From IMG/VR virus record IMGVR_UViG_3300032268_000694, positions 32,001 to 96,000 of that record: a stretch of 64,000 bases of DNA; one strand, written 5' to 3'. This document shows, one piece after another, positions 39,871-50,323 of this stretch (its first letter is position 1; each line of letters opens with the position of its first letter). The notes beneath the pieces were generated by a model. It was not told where the DNA came from, made no database searches, and saw nothing but the letters and a program-made list of their open reading frames with translations. The translations under genes and the position numbers were made by a program. The DNA is from a virus.

Positions 39871-41283
39871 ATGTCAGATAAAAATGCTTTTGAAAACCCG
39901 TTTTATGTAAGGGTAAAGGATGAACTAGATAGTGTTGGTAAAGGAATGTGTTTAGCAAAATGGACACAAGTAACCCTACAACTCCAAACAGGACATAATC
40001 ACTCTTGTCACCATCCAGCAACACATAAAATATCAGAACAAGAAATTGTTCGCAATCCTTCATCACTACACAATACTCGATTTAAGAAATTAAAGAGAAA
40101 AGAAATGTTAGAAGGACAAAGACCAACAGAATGTGATTATTGTTGGAATGTGGAAGATAGTTCTGATAGATTTAGTGATAGAGTATTCAAATCAGGAGAA
40201 AGTTGGTCATACCCTTTTAAAGATGAAATTATTAATTCTGATTGGAGAGCTGATTACAATCCAAAATATGTTGAAGTAGCATTTAGCAATGCTTGTAACT
40301 TTAAATGTTCATATTGTGGTCCTGCTTTTAGTTCTAAGTGGGTAGAAGAAATAGAAAAGCATGGTGGTTATCCAACAACAGATAATTTTAACGATATTAG
40401 TTGGATGGTTAGAGAAAATAAAATGCCTATTAAACATAGTGACCCTAACCCATATGTAGATGCTTTTTGGAAATGGTGGCCTGAATTATATAGAGATTTA
40501 CACACATTTAGAATTACAGGTGGTGAACCTTTATTAAATAAAGATACTTGGGATGTATTAGATTATATCATCAATGAACCAAATCCAAATAAAGAATTAA
40601 AATTAGCAATTAACTCTAATTTAGGGGTACCTGATAAATTAATAGATAGATTAATTGAAAAAATTAAAAAAATTGAAGATGGTAATAAAGTAAAAGAACT
40701 AATTATATTTACTTCTGCTGATACTTGGGGAGAACAAGCTGAATATATTAGAACAGGTTTAGAATTTAATAGATTTTGGAATAACGTAAACAAAATATTA
40801 GAAGAATGTCCTAGAGTTATCATAACATTTATGGCTACATATAATGCTTTAAGTGTATTTAATTATTCTAAACTAATATCTGAAGTATATGATCTTAAAA
40901 GAATATATGGTAATACAGACAGGTATTGGAATTCAGCAACATTTTTAGATACATCATATTTAAGATATCCAACCCATCAAACAGTAAAAGTTTTGCCACA
41001 TCAATTTTCTCAAAATATTTTGGATCAAGTAAAATTAATTTCTTATCAATCAATCCCATCATTTGATTCTAGAAATATAGGATACAGTGATATTGAAGTA
41101 CAAAAAATTAAAAGAATCTATGATTGGATGCTATCACCTCAGGATACAGCTGAACAAATGAGAAATAGATACAACTTTTATCAATATTTTTCAAATCATG
41201 ATTTAAGAAGAGGAACTAATTTTGTAAAAACATTTCCTGAATTAGAAGAATTTTATAACTTCTGTAAAACAATTCAATTATGA
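39871..41283 (+). CDS. Radical SAM protein with N-terminal Cys-rich (twitch-like) domain
   Basis: CNFKCSYC motif, ITGGEP; additional CLAKW, CHH and CDYCW. Confidence 0.9.
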   Translation: MSDKNAFENPFYVRVKDELDSVGKGMCLAKWTQVTLQLQTGHNHSCHHPATHKISEQEIVRNPSSLHNTRFKKLKRKEMLEGQRPTECDYCWNVEDSSDRFSDRVFKSGESWSYPFKDEIINSDWRADYNPKYVEVAFSNACNFKCSYCGPAFSSKWVEEIEKHGGYPTTDNFNDISWMVRENKMPIKHSDPNPYVDAFWKWWPELYRDLHTFRITGGEPLLNKDTWDVLDYIINEPNPNKELKLAINSNLGVPDKLIDRLIEKIKKIEDGNKVKELIIFTSADTWGEQAEYIRTGLEFNRFWNNVNKILEECPRVIITFMATYNALSVFNYSKLISEVYDLKRIYGNTDRYWNSATFLDTSYLRYPTHQTVKVLPHQFSQNILDQVKLISYQSIPSFDSRNIGYSDIEVQKIKRIYDWMLSPQDTAEQMRNRYNFYQYFSNHDLRRGTNFVKTFPELEEFYNFCKTIQL

Positions 41284-42071
41284 GTATAATAACGAATAGA
41301 TCTAACATATATATAATGTCTCCCGCTACTAAATATGGAGATATATCTGCTGATTGGGGTTCTTTTATGGAAAATGATTTTACAATATATATAAAATCAA
41401 AAATATTAGTAGATAGAATAGAAAAAAAAGCTCATCCTTTTATGCTTTCTAGAAATGGTAAACATGCTGGGCTTAGTACTTATAAGGATGATGAATCTAA
41501 CATGCATATTACTTTTACATATTGGTTTTGGCAACTAAACCCTATTAAAGGACCTAGTGGAGATATTGAATATAATAATCCAACCCCAATACAAAAAAGA
41601 CTCAATTACTGCTTACTCCCAGAGGAAAAACACCAATTTAATGAGTATATAATAAAATGTAGTCATAAACAACAAAAAATGTGGTTTTACGTTAACGATG
41701 TTTTGATTGGTGAAATAGATTATAATGGATTAGATAAATGTTCTTATAAAGAATCATATATGTGGTTAGGATGTGGAAATATGGTTACTGAAAATGAAGA
41801 TCATAAAAATGTAGGAGAGTATGAGCATGATTTGTTCTTTTGCCTAGATAAAAATATCAGTTTAGATGACATAAAAGATCTAAAGAAAAATTATAGAACT
41901 AAATATACTGGAGAATATTTTGGATTTCCTATTTTAAATGATAAAACTCCACATAAGGATAATATTTATTTTTTTCTAAATTTTGATCAAAAAACAGATT
42001 ATAAAATATGGAATTTATGTTTTAATGGATGTTATGCCAATTTTTACATAGAAAATAATACAATGTTTTAA
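41280..42071 (+). CDS. Stand-alone LamG/ConA-like protein
   Basis: DFTIY...WFYVND...MWLG pattern parallels the LamG inserts of the GT7 genes. Confidence 0.45.
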   Translation: MSIITNRSNIYIMSPATKYGDISADWGSFMENDFTIYIKSKILVDRIEKKAHPFMLSRNGKHAGLSTYKDDESNMHITFTYWFWQLNPIKGPSGDIEYNNPTPIQKRLNYCLLPEEKHQFNEYIIKCSHKQQKMWFYVNDVLIGEIDYNGLDKCSYKESYMWLGCGNMVTENEDHKNVGEYEHDLFFCLDKNISLDDIKDLKKNYRTKYTGEYFGFPILNDKTPHKDNIYFFLNFDQKTDYKIWNLCFNGCYANFYIENNTMF

Positions 42072-42072
42072 A

Positions 42073-42921
42073 ATGAGAATAGCGTTTTGTTTAAGTGGTC
42101 AATTAAGAACATGGAGAAATTGTTATGAATCATGGCATTTGTTATTTGAAAGATTTCAAGAACAAATAATAATAAATGGTAATACCCAATATAGCCCTTA
42201 TGTTGATGAAGTATTTGAAGTAGATTATTTTATACATACTTGGGATTTCAACACAACCCCACATTTTAAATGGGATGTAAATTGGGATGAACCTGATCTA
42301 ATAAAACTAGGAGAAATACTTAAACCATTTTATAATAGTTATACTAATATTGATAAAGCAGAAATAGAAGAAGTATTAAACATATTAAAACCTAAAAAAA
42401 CAATAGTAGAAAATTGGGAAGTGAGTAAGAATAGAGAAAAAATAATGGATGATGTAGCATCATCTCAAACAATTCATAAACATCCTATGAAAGGTCATAT
42501 AAGTTGGGCTGGTAGTCAATTATATAGTATTATGAAATGTGCTCATTTAAAAAGAGAATATGAATTAGAAAATAAATTTGAATATGATCTTTGTATTAGA
42601 TCAAGATTTGATTTAAATTTTGACGAAAATAATAAAATGATATTCACTAGAGATTTTGAAACCCCAAAACCAAAAACAATATATTCTGTACACAGTAGAG
42701 CAATAAACCAATATCCTTTTAATATCATTGGTGATATATTTTACCTTTCAGACTCACAAACATTTGATTTATTATCATCTATGTATGACCATATGCCTTA
42801 TATTGAACAAAGTGCATTCCATGATAGGATAAAAATAGAAGAAGTAATGGCATATATTGTTAGAATGTTTCAATTAAATAATAAAGTAACCGATTTTGCC
42901 CCTACAGTAACTAGAGATTAA
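42073..42921 (+). CDS. Putative glycosyltransferase-like protein
   Basis: IAFCLSGQLR, YFIHTWD, YDLCIRSRFD. Confidence 0.55.
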   Translation: MRIAFCLSGQLRTWRNCYESWHLLFERFQEQIIINGNTQYSPYVDEVFEVDYFIHTWDFNTTPHFKWDVNWDEPDLIKLGEILKPFYNSYTNIDKAEIEEVLNILKPKKTIVENWEVSKNREKIMDDVASSQTIHKHPMKGHISWAGSQLYSIMKCAHLKREYELENKFEYDLCIRSRFDLNFDENNKMIFTRDFETPKPKTIYSVHSRAINQYPFNIIGDIFYLSDSQTFDLLSSMYDHMPYIEQSAFHDRIKIEEVMAYIVRMFQLNNKVTDFAPTVTRD

Positions 42922-42923
42922 TT

Positions 42924-43826
42924 ATGTTTGGAGAAATTAAAAAAATAGCAGTTTGTTTAAGTGGTCAATCTAGAACTTGGCGTGTAGCTAAGGATAATAT
43001 ATTGAATTACTTTGATTTTAAAGATAGAGGAATACAAGTAGATTATTTTATTCATACATGGGATACTAATCAATATAGACGTAAAAATGATATTGTATGG
43101 GTTAAACGAATAAATGAAAAGGTACCATCAACTGAAAAAGAAGATCTAATAGCTGCTTTTAACCCTGTAGCTATAGAATTAGAAGAATATAAAAGCGAAG
43201 ATTACACCACTTTATGGGCAACTTTACTATATAGTTTTATGAAAAGTGTATGGTTAAAGAGAAAACATGAAGTTGAAAATGATTTTAGATATGACTTGGT
43301 AATAAGAGCAAGAACTGATATAAATTACCCACAAGAAGGTGTTTGTAATTTAAACTTCCCACTAAATAAATTTAATATCCATCCAGTACAGCATTTAACT
43401 GGTTATTCTACAATGCCTATTATACCTAGATTCCCAAGTGAATTTAATTATCCTTGTTTTGATGATGTTTTCTTTTATTCTAACTCACCTACTATGGATA
43501 TGATATCAAATTGCTATAGATGGTATAACGACATTATAAAAAATAATGGTGAATTACAATCCAAAGGAAAATACATACAAGAATCAGCATATTGGTATGG
43601 GCCTGGAACTATACTTTACAAATACCTAATTACTCAGGGTATCCATCCTCAAGGATATAGAGCTGTTCCTTATTATGTTGTTAGAAAAGAAGTAGAAGAC
43701 TGTGGATTACACAGTATCCATAATTGGGAAGATATCCGTGATTTTTCTAAAGAATGGTATGATAATATTTTAAATAAACAAGATAGTGTTAGTGTTTTAA
43801 CTAAATATAAAAATAAAATAATATAA
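42924..43826 (+). CDS. Putative glycosyltransferase-like protein, paralog of 42073
   Basis: IAVCLSGQSR, YFIHTWD, YDLVIRARTD. Confidence 0.55.
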   Translation: MFGEIKKIAVCLSGQSRTWRVAKDNILNYFDFKDRGIQVDYFIHTWDTNQYRRKNDIVWVKRINEKVPSTEKEDLIAAFNPVAIELEEYKSEDYTTLWATLLYSFMKSVWLKRKHEVENDFRYDLVIRARTDINYPQEGVCNLNFPLNKFNIHPVQHLTGYSTMPIIPRFPSEFNYPCFDDVFFYSNSPTMDMISNCYRWYNDIIKNNGELQSKGKYIQESAYWYGPGTILYKYLITQGIHPQGYRAVPYYVVRKEVEDCGLHSIHNWEDIRDFSKEWYDNILNKQDSVSVLTKYKNKII

Positions 43827-43827
43827 T

Positions 43828-44511
43828 ATGAGTAAGTTGTGGGTATTTGGTGATTCTTTTACAGCTGGTAATGGATGTCTTGCTAATGAGGAATATCCTC
43901 TAAAGTACAAATTAGCTAGCGAACATTTAATATGGCCTGAAATACTCACTAAAAACTTAAATTTAGAATTAGTAAATAAAGGTATGGGTTTATATTCCAA
44001 TGATAAAATAATTGATTCCATAATAGAAGTATTTAATAATATACAACATAATGATGTTGTAATTATTCAAAAAAGTTTTGTACATAGGTTTGATATTCCA
44101 AATGAAATTGATAATGTATTATTGACAATTGCACCAAATTCAAAACATATGTTGAACTGGTATAGTAATAATAATAATATGAAAAAAAGATATAATAAGT
44201 TTGAAATGAAAGCAATTGAATATATTGCTGTAACTATGGATAATAAATTAATACAAGAAAGACAAAATAAACGATTTAATTTTTTAGAAAAACTAATAAA
44301 AAATAAAGGAGTTAAAAAATGTTTTGTATGGGATATTATAGAAGCAATTCAACCGGACAATTTAAAATATGAAACAATTTTTAAAGCAACTAATGGTAAA
44401 ATTAATGATGGGCATTGGTCTTATAAAGGTCATAAAGACTTTGCTGAGTATATTATAGAACAAATCGAGGAAGAAAAAATAATAACCAAACTAGTTAAAA
44501 AATTAATATAA
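43828..44511 (+). CDS. SGNH/GDSL-like hydrolase or acyltransferase
   Basis: FGDSFTAG; DGHWSYKGH. Confidence 0.75.
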   Translation: MSKLWVFGDSFTAGNGCLANEEYPLKYKLASEHLIWPEILTKNLNLELVNKGMGLYSNDKIIDSIIEVFNNIQHNDVVIIQKSFVHRFDIPNEIDNVLLTIAPNSKHMLNWYSNNNNMKKRYNKFEMKAIEYIAVTMDNKLIQERQNKRFNFLEKLIKNKGVKKCFVWDIIEAIQPDNLKYETIFKATNGKINDGHWSYKGHKDFAEYIIEQIEEEKIITKLVKKLI

Positions 44512-45407
44512 TGGGTAAAAAATTAGAAATAATATGTGATGGAGACTCTTGGGTATTTGGATGTGAGATTGTAGGTCCTGAATTAGCAGCTAAATTCCCA
44601 GAAAATACATATCCTGGAACTTTTGATTATTATGAAGAAAATGATGCTTATAGAATACCAAGAATATTCCCAACTCATTTAGCTAAATTGATGAATGCTG
44701 AAGTAACAAACTTAGCATGGCCCGCTGATGATAATGGAACTATACTTAATAGAACTATGGTTCATATATCTAAAGAATACTTAGCAAAAGGAAAATCTAC
44801 TAATAATTTATTTGTAATAATTGGATGGTCTTCCCCAGAAAGAAATATATTTTATTATAAAGACATGGAAACAAAGTATCATATTAGGTTTAGGTTATGG
44901 CCTAATGTTCAGCATTTTGATAACAAAGCACAAAAGGATTTTTGGAAAATATACGTTGAATATTTATGGAATCCTGAAGAGTATATGCCTAGATATGTTA
45001 TGAATGTGTTACAATTTCAAAATTTCTGTAAGGCTCATAATATTAAATGGATGTGTTTTAATTCATTTTACCAAACTCCAAATAAAAATATTACTGAATG
45101 GAGTGATTTAGACGTAAAAAAAGAATTAGAAAATCTCCATTCAGGAGGAGGACCTTACCATGTGTCAACTAATGAAAACTTTAATAGAGAGTATTATCAG
45201 TTTACTTATTCAGATTTGTGGAATACCGTAGATCCAATCCGATTTTATAAAAAAGATAAACCGAACAATACATTTAATAGCTTTATAAAAAAATCAAACG
45301 CCAATCCTGTATTACATGGATGGCACCCATCCCCAGAATCTCATGAATTGTGGGCTAAAGAATTAGTAAGATACATAAATGAAAATAATTTATTAAACGA
45401 AACATAA
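44511..45407 (+). CDS. SGNH/GDSL-like protein
   Basis: DGDSWVFG; IGWSSPER; WHPSPESH. Confidence 0.7.
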   Translation: MGKKLEIICDGDSWVFGCEIVGPELAAKFPENTYPGTFDYYEENDAYRIPRIFPTHLAKLMNAEVTNLAWPADDNGTILNRTMVHISKEYLAKGKSTNNLFVIIGWSSPERNIFYYKDMETKYHIRFRLWPNVQHFDNKAQKDFWKIYVEYLWNPEEYMPRYVMNVLQFQNFCKAHNIKWMCFNSFYQTPNKNITEWSDLDVKKELENLHSGGGPYHVSTNENFNREYYQFTYSDLWNTVDPIRFYKKDKPNNTFNSFIKKSNANPVLHGWHPSPESHELWAKELVRYINENNLLNET

Positions 45408-45408
45408 T

Positions 45409-46200
45409 ATGAAAAATCTAGTAATATGCGGAGATTCATTTAGTATTGGGATTGGGTGTCACGATTTATATAATGAACCTTATGGTTCTTTACTTGCTAA
45501 AAAATTAGGTCTTAATTTAATTAATTTAGCTAAAGGATCCAGTACAAATTTGTCTATATCTCTACAGGTAAAACACGCTGTTGATAATATACCAGATATT
45601 GAATTACTTATTGTTGGTAATACATGTTATCACCGTACTGAGTGGTTTCCTGAAGATGCAAGAGAAGATAGAGAAGCTAATAATTTAAATGTTAATTACC
45701 ACCAATATCCACCATATGGAGAAGGTACTTATCCTTATTTATTAGAAAATCCTATGAAAGATGATCCTAGATATAGAGGGGAAATGTTAACAGAAAATTG
45801 GTATGGTGTTATTGACTATGTTGAAAATATTTTAGATAAACATAACAATGTTAATGAATCTACATACTTCAAAAAGTTTAAAAATGAACGCCCTGAAAGA
45901 ATGAGATTATTAAAGCAATATTACTTAGAATTTTTTGATGGTAGAATTCAAAGACAATATGATATGGCTGTTATTATTAAATCTCATGTGTTATTAAAAA
46001 ACAGAGGAATAAAACACTTTGTATTAACTAATGATACTGAATTTAATCAATATATTCCTAATGAAAATTTAGTGGATGTAGATTGGGGTAAACTGTCGCA
46101 AACATATCCTGACGATTTAAAATCATTACATACTTCTTGGGAAGGCCAAAAAGCAGTGTATGAAACCATATTACGAAAATTAAATAGACCTATTATATAG
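45409..46200 (+). CDS. SGNH/GDSL-like protein
   Basis: CGDSFSIG; NLAKGSSTN; LHTSWEGQ. Confidence 0.7.
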   Translation: MKNLVICGDSFSIGIGCHDLYNEPYGSLLAKKLGLNLINLAKGSSTNLSISLQVKHAVDNIPDIELLIVGNTCYHRTEWFPEDAREDREANNLNVNYHQYPPYGEGTYPYLLENPMKDDPRYRGEMLTENWYGVIDYVENILDKHNNVNESTYFKKFKNERPERMRLLKQYYLEFFDGRIQRQYDMAVIIKSHVLLKNRGIKHFVLTNDTEFNQYIPNENLVDVDWGKLSQTYPDDLKSLHTSWEGQKAVYETILRKLNRPII

Positions 46201-47615
46201 TGAAAAAATTAACACTCGTTTACGATTATATATTTCCTAATTTTGCATTACCCAATGCATTAAATCCTCAATTAGGAATGATAAACTACATTTTATCACA
46301 ATATAATGATAAAGTAGTATATAGTACCTTTTTAGAAAATAATATGGATTGGTTTCAAAAGATGTTTGATAACTCTTTTGGATATAACCAAAATACAATG
46401 ACTGGCTTTATTATTGAAGCTGATGTATACCAAAATAAAATTAACTATGAATATGAATCCTTATATTTTGCATTACACCAACAAAAGAAATTTATATACC
46501 CAATAAAACCAAACCCAATATTCCAAAATTTTTGTGGAATAGTTAATCATGGAAATGATGGTACTAAAATATCTGGAGACTATTTTTGGAAGTTTATATC
46601 TAAACGAGCATTAACAGAAATTAAAAATAGGAATGGAATAATCCTAATTGACTATTCTATGGAACCTTTCATTTCATATGGATATCACCAAATGCTTCAC
46701 CAATGCTTAAAAGATTCAGAAATCGATAAAGATTCAATTTATATAATGGTTAATAGCTTTAATGCTAAAGAATTATATGAAAGTTGGTTTCCTATTAATG
46801 AAAGACGGTATAATGTTCTTAATGTTCCTTTTTGTTTAGAACATAGTTCACATTATTATATGGATATTTTAAATAGAGGTGAAGATAAAATATTAACTCT
46901 TTCTAAATTTTTAGAAACAAAAAATACTTTAAGAAAGAATCACTTTTTAATGAAAATTAAAAACCCAAAGGAACACAGGTTAAAAATTTTAATTTCTTTA
47001 ATTGATGATAATCTTATTAATCTAGGAGATTGGTCATTTAGCGGTGAAAATTTTTCTAAAACAAATAATTTTAAATATGCTGTTAGAAACATGGATTTGA
47101 AAAATAAAGAACATGTTATTAATATTATGGATAAAGGTCCTTATAACTTACAAAGTGAGCAAAATCTTAGTTTTAATGATGTTAATGCCTGGACTGATAA
47201 AGAATATGCGGCTCATATTAATTCATATTTTGATATATGTTTTGAATCATTTTTTTATGATGAAAGTGAAACATTATCCTTAACAGAAAAAATATTTAAA
47301 CCAATTATCAATTTCCAACCATTTATCTTTGTTGCTACAAAAGGATCATTAAATCTATTAAGAAATTTAGGATTTAAAACATTTGAAGGATTTATAGATG
47401 AATCGTATGATGATATAGAAGATAATGATAAAAGACTATTTGCAGCATATGAACAAATTAAAAAATTATGCTCAATGTCTAAAGAAGAAATTCATAACTG
47501 GTATTGGAGTATGGAAGAAATATTAATACATAATCATAATCATTTATTAAAAATCCATAATAATAAAATGATAACAGAAACCGCTTTTGATACTTTATAT
47601 GAACGTTGTAGATAA
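46200..47615 (+). CDS. Putative GT-B glycosyltransferase (GT10-like C-terminus)
   Basis: FES...LTEKIFKPI...PFI...LGFKTF..IDESYD. Confidence 0.55.
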   Translation: MKKLTLVYDYIFPNFALPNALNPQLGMINYILSQYNDKVVYSTFLENNMDWFQKMFDNSFGYNQNTMTGFIIEADVYQNKINYEYESLYFALHQQKKFIYPIKPNPIFQNFCGIVNHGNDGTKISGDYFWKFISKRALTEIKNRNGIILIDYSMEPFISYGYHQMLHQCLKDSEIDKDSIYIMVNSFNAKELYESWFPINERRYNVLNVPFCLEHSSHYYMDILNRGEDKILTLSKFLETKNTLRKNHFLMKIKNPKEHRLKILISLIDDNLINLGDWSFSGENFSKTNNFKYAVRNMDLKNKEHVINIMDKGPYNLQSEQNLSFNDVNAWTDKEYAAHINSYFDICFESFFYDESETLSLTEKIFKPIINFQPFIFVATKGSLNLLRNLGFKTFEGFIDESYDDIEDNDKRLFAAYEQIKKLCSMSKEEIHNWYWSMEEILIHNHNHLLKIHNNKMITETAFDTLYERCR

Positions 47616-48381
47616 CATATTAAGTAGTAATATTATACTAAATCACAAGTATATAAATAAAGAATTATATACTATGGCCAGTGATAACAGCAATAATATT
47701 AAATATGAAATGAACGAACATGGGTATCGTTCACAATCACCTACTAACTATTCAGACTATAACATATTAACATTAGGATGTTCATGGACAATGGGGATAG
47801 GAGTCGAAAATGAGTTTATATGGCCTACTTTAGTCCATGATAAAATTAATAAAGGGACGTTATTTAATTATGGAATGTATGGAGTGTCAACGTCGTTTAT
47901 TTCAAAAACATTATTTAAATTCGTTTCATCTCAATTTATTCCTAACCTAATATTAATAATGTGGCCTGGATTTTCAAGAAGAGATTATTTAACAGACACA
48001 GGGCAATACCGAAAAATAGGTGGGTTTAGAAAAGCACATGATAAAGATCCTGTTTGGAAAAACAATGAAGAGGACTTATTATTCCTACAGTTACGAAATG
48101 ATAACCAAGATTTAATGGAATTTTGGGAAGCTTATACTTTTGTAGAGACAATATCACGATTATACGGAATAAAAACATACCACACTATAGCTGGTTATTA
48201 TTATGATGTATTTAGTGAATTAAAAACAAATTTAAATTATACAATAAATTATGATAGATTTTTTGATCCTATTGATTGCTACAAAAATGATAAACAAGCC
48301 CAAGACAACGAACACCCAGGCCAAAAATGGCACCAAACATTCTCAGAACACTTTTACAAATTTATAGAAAATAAAATATGA
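47599..48381 (+). CDS. SGNH-like protein (GCS variant)
   Basis: MNEHGYRS, LGCSWTMG, DNEHPG; start moved to ATG 47599. Confidence 0.7.
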   Translation: MNVVDNILSSNIILNHKYINKELYTMASDNSNNIKYEMNEHGYRSQSPTNYSDYNILTLGCSWTMGIGVENEFIWPTLVHDKINKGTLFNYGMYGVSTSFISKTLFKFVSSQFIPNLILIMWPGFSRRDYLTDTGQYRKIGGFRKAHDKDPVWKNNEEDLLFLQLRNDNQDLMEFWEAYTFVETISRLYGIKTYHTIAGYYYDVFSELKTNLNYTINYDRFFDPIDCYKNDKQAQDNEHPGQKWHQTFSEHFYKFIENKI

Positions 48382-48809
48382 AACAAAGAAAATATCTACC
48401 AACATTAAGTGAATTAATTGATCGTTTAGCTATAGTACAACTAAAAGAAGTATTTATTCCTGAACATAAGGATGAATATGCTAAAGAAATTCAAGATATA
48501 ACTCACGATATTCAATTAGCATTAGATGAACAAAAAGAAGTTATTAATGCTGAAACAGTTAGAGCAATTATTGTATTAGCTCAAATGAACCTACATATTT
48601 GGCATAACGAATCAAATGTTCGTAAAGGTATATCAGATGGTAATAGTTTAGAACTAACACATGGTTTAAATGGTATTCGCAACACTGCTAAAAATAAAAT
48701 ACAAGAAGTAGCAGGTGGCAGAAAAGATTATAAGATTGATTGCCTAGCAGCAGATATGCAAGTATGGGAAGTTAGTTGGAATAATACCTCTCAGGATACT
48801 CAACGATAA
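48378..48809 (+). CDS. Helical hypothetical protein
   Basis: LSELIDRL...LWH-like...NGIRN; converges on the inverted operon. Confidence 0.55.
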   Translation: MKQRKYLPTLSELIDRLAIVQLKEVFIPEHKDEYAKEIQDITHDIQLALDEQKEVINAETVRAIIVLAQMNLHIWHNESNVRKGISDGNSLELTHGLNGIRNTAKNKIQEVAGGRKDYKIDCLAADMQVWEVSWNNTSQDTQR

Positions 48810-49320
48810 CATTTACACCTCCATTAGCATAGGCATTTTTGTAAGTTTCTTCTATGTTTTCCCAACCTTTTAAATTGTGAAAACGAATATGAGGACATAA
48901 TGTTTTAAACTCTTCAAGATAGTTTCCTCTATGTTGGTGGCCTGGGTCTAATGGTTTGTCTGAACCTTTACCTAGACGAATAATCATATTAACATCCCAA
49001 GAACCTCTACTCATTATGTTTAATTTATCAACATGGTTTACTAATTGGTTAGTTGCACAAATTAAAAAATCCCAACGAGGATAAAATGTAATTACAAACG
49101 AACCTGCCATCGCTAATCCTAAACTTATTCCCATTTGTGATTCTTCCATAACAGGTACTTCAACCATTTTATGTTTGGGAACATTACCTAAGGTAGTACT
49201 CATGGGATTACCCGGCCACAATACTTGTTGACCTATAAAAATAGTATCATCTTGTTGACCTAAAAACGTCATTGAATTAGTTAATGCGTCTTTATAGGGA
49301 GTATATTCTGGTGAACTCAT
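48772..49320 (-). CDS. TPP-dependent enzyme beta subunit (E1-beta/transketolase pyrimidine-binding domain only)
   Basis: EVPVMEESQMGISLGLA; NQLVN; GHQH. Confidence 0.8.
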   Translation of the reverse strand: MSSPEYTPYKDALTNSMTFLGQQDDTIFIGQQVLWPGNPMSTTLGNVPKHKMVEVPVMEESQMGISLGLAMAGSFVITFYPRWDFLICATNQLVNHVDKLNIMSRGSWDVNMIIRLGKGSDKPLDPGHQHRGNYLEEFKTLCPHIRFHNLKGWENIEETYKNAYANGGVNVIVEYPERYYSN

Positions 49321-49321
49321 A

Positions 49322-50323
49322 TTATCTATTTAAAAATTTTCTTCCTGTCTTTATTTTATCTCTCCAATAGTTTAATAAATCTAACATTGTAGTTTCATAT
49401 GATATTTCTGGCTTCCAACCTGTATGGGCTCTAAATTTAGAAGTATCTGGTATCTGCAAATCAGCATCTATTGGTCTAAGTCTATCTTTATCTTTAATTA
49501 TTTCTATATTGTTTAGTGATGATAATCTAACTAAATGATACAATGTTTCTTCTACAGTACATGTGTATTCACCCCCAATATTATAACATTCACCTGAGGT
49601 TGGATTAACTGTTAATAACATATAGTATGCTTTAACAGCATCTCTCACATCAGCGTATGTTCTTAATGATTGTAGATTACCAACATATATTTTTGGTTCT
49701 TGTAATCCAGCTTCAATCATTGCTATTTGTTTAGCAAATGTAGATTCATGAAAAACATCACCACGTCTAGGACCAGTATGAGTAAACATACGAGTAATCA
49801 TTATTTTCATATCATGAGCCTCAGCATAGTAACGACCAATTAAATCAGTACCTACTTTAGATATTGCATATGGTGATGCTGGGTGGATACTACATTCTTC
49901 ATTAATTGGTAATTTATCTTTAGGTACTTTACCAAATATTTCACTTGATGAACAAACATGAATTTTAGCATCTTTATGTTTTAGTGCTTCGAGTAAATTA
50001 GTAGTACCTATAATGTTAGTTTGAAGTGTTTCAATAGGAGAAATAAAGCTAGTTTGAGGATATGATTGAGCAGCCAAATGAAAAACATAATCAGGATTTG
50101 ATAATTCAACTACTCTAATAACAGAGACCATATCATTTAGATCACCATATATTAATTCAATTCTGTCTTTCTTATTTATCCTATCAGATAAATGCTCAAT
50201 ATTTTCTAAATTGTCATTCCATCGACAAAAACCATAAATCTTCCAATCTGTATTTTCTATTAGAAAATCAGCAAGGTGTGATCCAACCATTCCTGTAATA
50301 CCTGTAATTAAAACACTACCCAT
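49322..50323 (-). CDS. gmd: GDP-mannose 4,6-dehydratase-like NDP-sugar dehydratase
   Basis: LITGITGMVGS, HLAAQS, SSSEIFG, SPYAISK, GNLQSLR; start at MGSVLITG. Confidence 0.8.
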   Translation of the reverse strand: MGSVLITGITGMVGSHLADFLIENTDWKIYGFCRWNDNLENIEHLSDRINKKDRIELIYGDLNDMVSVIRVVELSNPDYVFHLAAQSYPQTSFISPIETLQTNIIGTTNLLEALKHKDAKIHVCSSSEIFGKVPKDKLPINEECSIHPASPYAISKVGTDLIGRYYAEAHDMKIMITRMFTHTGPRRGDVFHESTFAKQIAMIEAGLQEPKIYVGNLQSLRTYADVRDAVKAYYMLLTVNPTSGECYNIGGEYTCTVEETLYHLVRLSSLNNIEIIKDKDRLRPIDADLQIPDTSKFRAHTGWKPEISYETTMLDLLNYWRDKIKTGRKFLNR

